From positions 1 to 10,868 of the forward strand of contig JBHICG010000094.1 of assembly GCA_046759445.1 (NCBI GenBank): a stretch of DNA of 10,868 nt, read 5' to 3'. This document shows positions 1 through 7,085 of the stretch, piece after piece. Origin of the DNA: Candidatus Scalinduaceae bacterium (GTDB lineage Bacteria; Planctomycetota; Brocadiia; Brocadiales; Scalinduaceae). Position numbers and translations under genes: made by a program. The notes beneath the pieces were generated by a model. That model did not search any database and was not told where the DNA came from. It was given only the letters and a program-made list of their open reading frames with translations. Position 1 is the first letter of the stretch, and each line of letters starts with the position of its first letter.

Positions 1-347
1 TCTCCATCATTTGTGAGATAACCATTTTTTGTGCTTATAAAAATCTCTTCCCTTTTTACGTTACCTTCCTCTAAGAGTTCCGATATTGCTTTTCCAACAG
101 ACCTTTCAGCTTTTTGAGAACGATAGTTAATGGCAGTATCAATTACGTTTATTCCGGAGAGAACCGATTTTTTGACAGCCTTTGTAACCAGGATATCGGT
201 TGTGTCATTTAGGTTGCCCAGATACGTACCCATACCAATAGATGACAATTTCAGGCCATTAAACGTCCTGAAATGATTCCTTCCTGCTTCCCGATTTTTG
301 CTTGCAAACTTAATCGTACCTTCGCAAGTAGCGTGACCCTTAATCAT
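1..347 (-). CDS. Aldo/keto reductase family protein, 5' part only (runs off the window edge; not in the ORF track)
   Basis: Manual minus-strand translation from ATG 347: MIKGHATCEGTIKFASKNREAGRNHFRTFNGLKLSSIGMGTYLGNLNDTTDILVTKAVKKSVLSGINVIDTAINYRSQKAERSVGKAISELLEEGNVKREEIFISTKNGYLTNDG. AKR motifs GxGT, IDTAxxY (catalytic Asp/Tyr) and FISTK (catalytic Lys). GGAGG lies upstream at 366-362. Confidence 0.92.
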   Translation of the reverse strand, partial: MIKGHATCEGTIKFASKNREAGRNHFRTFNGLKLSSIGMGTYLGNLNDTTDILVTKAVKKSVLSGINVIDTAINYRSQKAERSVGKAISELLEEGNVKREEIFISTKNGYLTNDG

Positions 348-528
348 AATGAACTACACATCCTCCAGGATAGAAAAAAGAAGGTTTTACAGGGTATGAG
401 CTGTATTTAAGTCTATCACCTACGACTTATTTACCTGGTCTTAATTTGCATTCCGCGTAGAAAATAATAAAGCAGCTCCGTTAGAGTAAAAAGATTCAGC
501 CCTGCAGACCTCCTCTTAATAATGTTTA

Positions 529-557
529 TTGACACCTTTAAACAATTCTAGTAGTTT
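529..557 (+). promoter_or_regulatory. Putative sigma70 promoter for the 584-1271 gene pair
   Basis: Perfect -35 TTGACA (529-534), 17-nt spacer, -10 TAGTTT (552-557), just upstream of ORF 584. Confidence 0.55.
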
Positions 558-583
558 ATCTGTGTAGATACAACCTTAATAAC

Positions 584-799
584 ATGCATTATCGGAATAA
601 AACCATGCAAGAAAATAAAATTAGAGAGGGATTCTTTAAGAAAACTTCTTCTAGTGAAAAATATATTCACAGCAAAGATGGTGTTGATATTACCCTCATT
701 CGATGGATGTTATCTATGACACCTACCGAGCGCTTGCAGACATTGCAACAAAATATGCGATCTATTATGAAGTTGCGTAATGCAAAATCCCATACCTGA
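584..799 (+). CDS. Small protein, putative antitoxin partner of the downstream nucleotidyltransferase (start may be the second Met)
   Basis: 71 aa with GVDITLIRWMLSMTPTERL, a motif I recognise from small genes upstream of NTase genes. Overlaps the NTase start by 20 nt (780-799). Confidence 0.65.
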   Translation: MHYRNKTMQENKIREGFFKKTSSSEKYIHSKDGVDITLIRWMLSMTPTERLQTLQQNMRSIMKLRNAKSHT

Positions 800-1271
800 T
801 TTTCTTGAAATTCTAAAGACCCTTGCTGATAATAAGGTTGATTTTATCGTGGTCGGTGGTGTTTGTGCTGTTCTACACGGCGCTCCTGTTACGACCTTTG
901 ATCTCGATTTAGTTCATTCTCGAGATCCAGACAATCTCAGCCATCTCATGTCAGCCCTTAATGCACTGGATGCTTATTATCGAGAACGATAAGACATACG
1001 TTTGACACCTGAGCTATTACATCTATCATCTCCGGGGCGTCAACTTCTTATGACTCGTTTTGGCCCTCTCGACCTTCTCGGAACTGTAGGTAAAGGACAC
1101 AATTATGAAGACTTACTGGAGCATTCTGAAGAAATACAGGTTAGCGGTTATAATTTGCGTATTTTGTCTTTAGAAAAGTTAATCATGATTAAGGAAGAAG
1201 TTGTTCGTGATAGGGATAAAACAATGCTTCCGATTCTTCGGCATACCCTCAAAGAGAAACATAAGCATTGA
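780..1271 (+). pseudogene. Pol-beta-like nucleotidyltransferase (MenT/AbiEii-like putative toxin) interrupted by an in-frame TAA at 990-992
   Basis: ORFs 780-992 and 1002-1271 are in the same frame (YYRER*DIRLTPE); read through, they give 163 codons. Motifs VVGG..A..HG.P..TFDLD (GG and DxD), LDLL and LI..K....R..D. Confidence 0.82.
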
Positions 1272-1302
1272 AGCCTGTAAAAATCATGAGCAAAATAGAT
1301 TA

Positions 1303-1367
1303 GGGTCGTAAGGTGGTAGGGCATGGTTTATGGTACCTAAGACCCATTACCTCCATTGGTTTACGAC
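1303..1367. terminator. Long imperfect hairpin between the convergent NTase and folD genes (possible terminator or REP-derived)
   Basis: GTCGTAA (1305-1311) pairs with TTACGAC (1361-1367); inner GGTGGTAG pairs imperfectly with TTACCTCC. No clear U-tract. Confidence 0.35.
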
Positions 1368-2278
1368 TATTGGATTCCCAATTTGAATTTGAGAGACTTG
1401 AGGGTATTTTTCATAAGCATCGTAATCGTCATGGGACCGACACCCCCGGGGACAGGCGTAATGCTACCGGCAATCTCTTTGGCTGCTTCAAAATCAACAT
1501 CACCTTTTAAGATTGCAACCATCTTGTTTGGGTCCTTTTTACTGGGTTTTTCACCTACCCTGTTAACGCCTACGTCTATTACACATGCACCCGGCTTAAT
1601 CCACTCTGGCTTTACCAGACCGGGAACTCCAGCGGCAACGATTAAGATATCTGCACGTTTGCAGTGTTCTGCCATATTTTTTGTACGTGTATGAATAACT
1701 GTTACTGTTGAATTGGCGCCTTTTCCTTTCTGAAGCATCATGTTGGCAATTGGTTTTCCCGCAATATTTGAACGTCCCACTACTACAACCTCAGCCCCAC
1801 TTGTCTCAACACCGGCACGTACAATCATTTCCTGAATACCAGCCGGTGTGCACGGTGGGAATTTAACTTCATCACCACCGATCATGAGGCGTCCGACATT
1901 TACGGGATGAAAGCCGTCAACGTCCTTATCAGGGTCAATCGCATTAAGTACCTTCTTTTCATCTATATGTTTTGGAAGAGGGAGCTGGACAAGGATACCA
2001 TGGATTGAATCATCATTATTATACTTGTCAATAAGGGCCAAAAGGTCCTCTTCTGAAATATCAGCCGGCTGAGAATCCTGAACCTCTTTAAAACCAACCC
2101 TGTGGGCGGTTTTGATTTTTAATGTTACGTAAGATATGGAAGCAGGACTTTCACCAACCAGGATAGTTACAAGTCCGGGTACAACTCCATGCATTTTTTT
2201 TATCTCCGCTACTTCAGCAGTGATTTCTTCTAAAATCTGCTCCCGGATTTCAGTCCCTTTTATTAATTTTGCTGTCAT
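1367..2278 (-). CDS. folD: Bifunctional methylene-THF dehydrogenase / methenyl-THF cyclohydrolase
   Basis: Motifs YxxxK (YVTLK), GILVQLPLP, KDVDGFHP, PCTP, GRSNIxGKP, VIDVG and TPVPGGVGPMT. ATG 2278 (MTAKLIKG), with GGGAG about 11 nt upstream, is preferred to the TTG at 2299; 303 aa. Confidence 0.98.
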   Translation of the reverse strand: MTAKLIKGTEIREQILEEITAEVAEIKKMHGVVPGLVTILVGESPASISYVTLKIKTAHRVGFKEVQDSQPADISEEDLLALIDKYNNDDSIHGILVQLPLPKHIDEKKVLNAIDPDKDVDGFHPVNVGRLMIGGDEVKFPPCTPAGIQEMIVRAGVETSGAEVVVVGRSNIAGKPIANMMLQKGKGANSTVTVIHTRTKNMAEHCKRADILIVAAGVPGLVKPEWIKPGACVIDVGVNRVGEKPSKKDPNKMVAILKGDVDFEAAKEIAGSITPVPGGVGPMTITMLMKNTLKSLKFKLGIQ

Positions 2279-2331
2279 AAACCTGAATTCTCCCTTCAAA
2301 AAAAATTATTTGCAATTGCTCAAACTGAATA

Positions 2332-2467
2332 TTTAATTTGCTCCGAAGACACTTTATAACTTATTGATTTTCAATACAATATGTATTTTTATCTCAATCC
2401 TTGCTTAATTATTCTTAATGATTTATTAGAACAAGTGTTCTGTAAACATTGTTCGGAGTAAACTTAA
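2332..2467. mobile_element. MITE-like element bounded by imperfect inverted repeats, containing an IHF consensus site
   Basis: Left TTTAATTTGCTCCGAA (2332-2347) versus reverse complement of right TTAAGTTTACTCCGAA (2452-2467): 13/16 identical. TAACTTATTGATT (2357-2369) matches the IHF consensus WATCAANNNNTTR on the minus strand. Confidence 0.4.
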
Positions 2468-2507
2468 TAGTTATTTTGCCCAATATCAAGTAGAAAACCA
2501 CACCGCA

Positions 2508-2532
2508 ATCCCCTCCTTCGCAAGGAGGGGAT
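2508..2532. repeat. GC-rich perfect palindrome (REP-like hairpin)
   Basis: ATCCCCTCCTT-CGC-AAGGAGGGGAT: perfect 11-bp stem with a 3-nt loop, followed by a G-rich tail. Confidence 0.6.
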
Positions 2533-3120
2533 AAAGGGGAGGTCGCAAAATCAAAATAGAATTCCAATTGATATTGGAAAATATTCTATTAAATGTTACT
2601 TGGCTGTGTTCTTGGCAAAGATGTCTAAAAAGATTTGATAACAAATTATTTCTAATTTTGCTGAAATGGCTGAAACTATATTATAACGATCAAGATAATA
2701 CAACTTTTTTCCTAACCCCTGATTTATTTGTCTAATCAAAACTAAATATTTCTCTTGACTTATCTTCTTACTTTCCGATTATATCGTTCACTTTTAAAAG
2801 CACGAAATCCTATTTCCCAGCCACTACCGTTCGACAGTAAGACTTTGTACGCCAAAATGCCACAAGAGACATTTATATAAAGTTGATAACCCCACAAAAA
2901 ATATTTTCTGACCATATACGAAAATTCACTACGATTAAATGAATACTAATAACACTAATGTTTGTATAAACGAAATAACCAAGTTCATTGTCATATGATA
3001 GCTATTATTTTAAATCAATGCGAGAAAGTAATATTATTGACTATTGTGGATGTTGTTTTTACTACCAATTATTAAACTAATATTTCATACCTAAGTTTTT
3101 ATGTAGAATGGGAGGATAGC

Positions 3121-3974
3121 ATGACTAACTTAGTCAATACCTGGACTGGACATATATCATTGTTTTTGTTCTTTGTCGCTTATATTCTTATTATTTTTGA
3201 GGAAAAGATTCATCTAAGGAAATCCAAGCCGATTGTACTGGTTAGCTGCCTCATGTGGTTGTTGATTGGCGTCTATGAGGCTATGCACGGGGGTGGGCAC
3301 GCACACGAATTCATAGAACATCTTATTGCGGAGATAGCAGGACTCTTTTTCTTTCTACTAGTGGCCATGACCTACATCAATACCCTTGCTTCCCTCAATG
3401 TATTTCAGGCTTTGCGCGCTCGGCTGTTATCCAAGAGGATAGGCTTTCTTATGTTTATAGCGTATTATATGCAGCGATGGGAAGATAGGTTTATGAAAAA
3501 ACTGGGCCTAAAAAAAGATAGGCGTGAAGTATCTCGCCTTGACATCTTCAAAAAAGTGGAATAGGTGGAATTCGATACTCTGCTTTTCTTCTTTGGTGTT
3601 TTGGCCGCCGTGGGGGCTTTACAGTACATCGGGCACCTCAAGATAGTTGGAGATATTTTGTTTGGGTCACTGGGATTTACGATGGCAAACACCGCCATTG
3701 GTATTGCCTCTGCAGTTGGCGACAATATACCCCTTATGTATGCAGTCCTGAAGATGGATCCGGCCATGGGGCTGGATCAGTGGCTACTAGTTACTTTGAC
3801 CACTGGAGTGGGAGGAAGTCTTTTATCGGTCGGTTCGGCGGCTGGCGTAGCCGTTATGGGAGTTAACCGTGAAAATTATACCTTTTTTCCCACATGAAAT
3901 AGGCGCCCGTTATCGCTCTGGGATATGCTGGAAGCATTTTCACGTGGTGGCTTGTAACAAGTAGCTTTAGGTAA
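3121..3974 (+). pseudogene. nhaD: NhaD-type Na+/H+ antiporter pseudogene (internal deletion, two amber stops, one frameshift)
   Basis: N-terminal FEEKIHLRKSKP and FFFLLVAMTYIN; C-terminal EFDTLLFFFG, SAxxDNIP and GVGGSLLSVGSAAGV. In-frame TAG at 3562-3564, frameshift at the T6 run 3883-3888, then TAG 3900-3902 and a conserved-looking tail (SHMK*APVIALGYAG) ending TAA 3972-3974. Only about 284 codons in total. RBS GGGAGG upstream. Confidence 0.88.
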
Positions 3975-4081
3975 ATAAAACGTATAACCAAAAGTAACCA
4001 CATCGATAAATGCTTTTAAGGCAATTAATATTCTTTTCGATATAATTCCTTTTGTTGTGTATTAAACAATAAGAAAAAACT

Positions 4082-5029
4082 TTAAATGTTAGATATTTGC
4101 GCACCGTTGTCTGTTTCATCGCTACATGCATTGCATTCAAATTGAATAACCGTATGCCCAATCTTAAATCTTTCTCTAACCAGTGAATTGATCTTTGCTA
4201 CAATGTTGTAAGTTTCGCTAACCATTAGGTCAGTGGTATTAACGTGAGCGCTCATCGCATACATGTCTGACGTAATTGTCCAGATATGAACATCATGTAC
4301 GTCCTTTATTTCATCAAGCTCCTTTATGCTCTTTATGACACTTTTCAAATCCACATCTTTTGGAGTCGCTTCCAACAGGATATCGACTGATTCTGTAATT
4401 AACTCGTACGACCATATCAGAATTACAATACATATCAGGATACTTAAGATTGGATCGATTATATACCATTGTGTAAAATACATAATAATTGCGCCAAAGA
4501 CCACTATCATTGACGAAAATGTGTCCGCCATCATATGCATAAATGCTGACTTGATATTAAGGCTGCCATGGCTTGTCTTAAGTATGTATGCGCATACAAG
4601 ATTTACTATAAGACCAATGTTTGCGACAATAAACATCTGCAAGCTAGCAATGGGTTCAGGGTTAATTATGCGATAGTAGGCATTAAAGAATATCCATAAA
4701 GTAATTAAAAACAAAGTAGCGCCGTTAAATAACGCTGCCAGGATTTCAAGACGATAAAAGCCGTATGTTTTCTTTGCAGTCGGAGGTTTTGAAGCAAATA
4801 TAATAGCTCCAAGACTTATCAGTAAAGCGATAAGGTGTGTTAACATGTGTCCTGCATCACTAATCAAGGCTAAACTATTGGTTAAAAAACCAGCTATACC
4901 TTCCACGATGAACATGGCTCCAGTTAAAGAGCATGTCAATATAAGCCTTGTCTTTTCCTCACCCCGATGTGTGTGGCCATGAGAATTGTTGACTACTCCG
5001 TTGATTTTATCGTTACAATGTATTGACAT
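4082..5029 (-). CDS. Cation diffusion facilitator (CDF) family metal efflux transporter
   Basis: His-rich N-terminus (SHGHTH), signature SLALISDAGHMLTH, TYGFYRLEILAA, TM5 HMMAD, and C-terminal domain VHDVHIW and HTVIQFE. Confidence 0.96.
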   Translation of the reverse strand: MSIHCNDKINGVVNNSHGHTHRGEEKTRLILTCSLTGAMFIVEGIAGFLTNSLALISDAGHMLTHLIALLISLGAIIFASKPPTAKKTYGFYRLEILAALFNGATLFLITLWIFFNAYYRIINPEPIASLQMFIVANIGLIVNLVCAYILKTSHGSLNIKSAFMHMMADTFSSMIVVFGAIIMYFTQWYIIDPILSILICIVILIWSYELITESVDILLEATPKDVDLKSVIKSIKELDEIKDVHDVHIWTITSDMYAMSAHVNTTDLMVSETYNIVAKINSLVRERFKIGHTVIQFECNACSDETDNGAQISNI

Positions 5030-5184
5030 TTTACACTTTTAGCCTATAAGCAAATTTCAATTTATTATAAAGAAAAGCCTTTTTAGTACAAGATATAATT
5101 ATATTTCCTTCCATTTGCAAATCCATGGTTGTCCAGCCTGACATTGAAGGTTGATGCCTTTTCACCATAACCATCGTTAATTCA

Positions 5185-5213
5185 TTGACACTTGTCCATT
5201 CTAATGATAAAAA
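5185..5213 (+). promoter_or_regulatory. Putative sigma70 promoter of the folK-lptF/G operon
   Basis: TTGACA (5185-5190), 17-nt spacer containing an extended -10 TG (5205-5206), weak -10 TAAAAA (5208-5213). GGAG RBS precedes ATG 5247. Confidence 0.4.
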
Positions 5214-5246
5214 TGGTATATTCTTGACTAACCTTTGGAGTGATAT

Positions 5247-5720
5247 ATGGCAAAGGTATATGTAGGGCTAGGCTCGAACCTTGGCAATAGAGAAAAAAAT
5301 CTAGTTAGCGCCATTACCAAGATAAATGCATGCAAGGGGATCCATGTTGTAAATAAATCTGGATTTTACAAGACGAAACCAATTGGGGGGCCCGCACAGC
5401 CTGATTATGTCAATTGCGTATTAGAGTTGGATACGGATATCACACCACAAAAATTATTGGAGAAGTGTAAGAGAATTGAATCAGAACTAGGAAGAACACG
5501 TGGAGTAAGATGGGGCCCAAGGGTAATTGACATTGATATACTTTTATATGGAAGTAAGGTCGTAAATGATCATAATCTTAAGATACCTCATGAAAATATG
5601 CACACGCGCATTTTTGTCTTAGAGCCATTATACGAAATATCTCCAGACTTAAAACATCCTATTTTAAAAAAAACTATCTTTGAGCTAATGAAGGAATTAA
5701 AGGTTTCCATAAAAAATTAA
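5247..5720 (+). CDS. folK: 2-amino-4-hydroxy-6-hydroxymethyldihydropteridine diphosphokinase (HPPK)
   Basis: Motifs GLGSNLG, YVN, RWGPRVIDIDIL and IPH..M..R.FVL.PL; 157 aa. Confidence 0.97.
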   Translation: MAKVYVGLGSNLGNREKNLVSAITKINACKGIHVVNKSGFYKTKPIGGPAQPDYVNCVLELDTDITPQKLLEKCKRIESELGRTRGVRWGPRVIDIDILLYGSKVVNDHNLKIPHENMHTRIFVLEPLYEISPDLKHPILKKTIFELMKELKVSIKN

Positions 5721-5726
5721 TATAAA

Positions 5727-6800
5727 ATGTTATTCAAAATTGACAAATACATAATTAAAACATTTATACCATCTTTTTTTATATGCCTGTTTATACTATG
5801 TGGCATTTATATAGTTATTGACGCATTACAAAATCTTGATGATTTTGTTGAACTGGGTTCTAAAGCAATTCCATTAGCATTGAATTACTATGCATTTATG
5901 ATACCAGTAGTGCTAGCACAACTTTTCCCCGCAATAACCCTAATAGCTGTGAGCCTGGTTCTTGTAAGATTTGCTAGAAATAATGAGATTTTGGCTATGC
6001 AAGTGGCAGGAATATGTCTTTATAGAATATTACTTCCTGTTTTTGTTCTATCAGTCATTATGTCATTTGCAGCAGTTGTCAATCAAGAACTGGTTATACC
6101 AAGATATGCAGAAAAACTTAAAAGAGTTGAGCAATCAACTTTTGAGGAAAATGAGAAAAGTAATGTGCTTGTGGAAGATAAACTTAACCGTATACTCTTA
6201 AGGGCATGGACCTTCAACATTAAAGAAGGAAAGATAGGAGCTGTTTTTGTCATTGGAAGGAATGAAAATGGTAAGAAAAGCTTCACTATCAGCGCTAAAG
6301 AGGGAAAATGGCTAGGTGAAAATAAGTGGTTGTTATCTGATGCCGTCAAACACAACTATGACGAGAATGGTAAATGGGTTGCACCAGCGCGACAAATAAA
6401 AAACTATTTTCTGGAAACCACTTTAACGCCTGAGAGATTAAACAAGGTTGACATTAATGCAACATTAAAGAGTTTTAAGGAACTAAGAAATTTATGTGAA
6501 AGTGAACCAGAGAATCCTAGGTACAGTGTCATGTTTCACTCAAGAGCAGCGTATCCATTGACCAATTTTGTCCTACTATTTTTGGGTATTCCCTTTATTA
6601 TAGGTTTCGAAAGAATGAGCAGGAATATTTTTTTGCGGGTTGGGATAAATGTACTTATCTGCTGCGCATTTTATGTATTGACCTATTTATGCGTAAATCT
6701 TGGTGACATGGGTATATTACATCCCATCCTGGCTGCATGGCTGCCTATTGTTATCTTTGGATGTTTAGGATTATTTTTCTTTGATTTGATGAATATCTAA
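5727..6800 (+). CDS. LptF/LptG (YjgP/YjgQ) family LPS export permease, LptG-like
   Basis: 357 aa. N-terminal IDKYI, NNEILAMQVAGI coupling helix, central beta-rich periplasmic region, C-terminal PILAAWLP. Starts 6 nt after the folK stop. Confidence 0.92.
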   Translation: MLFKIDKYIIKTFIPSFFICLFILCGIYIVIDALQNLDDFVELGSKAIPLALNYYAFMIPVVLAQLFPAITLIAVSLVLVRFARNNEILAMQVAGICLYRILLPVFVLSVIMSFAAVVNQELVIPRYAEKLKRVEQSTFEENEKSNVLVEDKLNRILLRAWTFNIKEGKIGAVFVIGRNENGKKSFTISAKEGKWLGENKWLLSDAVKHNYDENGKWVAPARQIKNYFLETTLTPERLNKVDINATLKSFKELRNLCESEPENPRYSVMFHSRAAYPLTNFVLLFLGIPFIIGFERMSRNIFLRVGINVLICCAFYVLTYLCVNLGDMGILHPILAAWLPIVIFGCLGLFFFDLMNI

Positions 6801-7085
6801 TCCCGATATTAACGTAATCATTTTTGAACATGATAAAGCAAGCCTAAGTCCTTACACTATTTAGTCCTATATAAAATTATTTATTGCTATACAGTTTTAG
6901 AAATTGCGTACTATAATATCGGCTTTAAAAGACTGTTCCCAAATAATTCTGCCAGCTTATCCTATGATACAACGATCTCGTCTATCTGGTTAAGCAAATC
7001 CATTGTGAATTCTATTAAATATATTTTCAACTAGTCCTTGACCATTTCAATAAGAAAGCTCTCTCAAAATACATCTTAATCAAAA

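Noticed and set aside
1313..2336. Plus-strand ORFs 1313-1510, 1356-1694 and 2136-2336
   Set aside because: Antisense shadows of folD with no recognisable motifs.
2600..2620. Sigma54 promoter-like TGGCTGTGTTCTTGGC
   Set aside because: GG-N10-GC spacing fails; GG rather than GC occurs at the -12 position.
2790..2880. Na+/Li+/c-di-GMP riboswitch upstream of nhaD, or ZTP/THF riboswitch upstream of folD
   Set aside because: Slightly GC-richer patch with only a weak hairpin and no match to the consensus motifs I know. An Rfam cmscan would settle it.
3562..3902. Amber recoding (pyrrolysine or TAG reassignment) to explain the in-frame TAGs in nhaD
   Set aside because: folD ends at TAG at a normal C-terminus, nhaD also has a frameshift and a deletion, and the NTase lesion is TAA. 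Ordinary decay explains all of these.
3465..4676. ORFs 3465-3767(-), 3967-4161(-) and 4326-4676(+)
   Set aside because: Antisense or overlapping shadows of nhaD and the CDF gene, with no family features.
5030..5246. NiCo (czcD) riboswitch upstream of the CDF gene
   Set aside because: The minus strand lacks the conserved four-way-junction sequence motifs.
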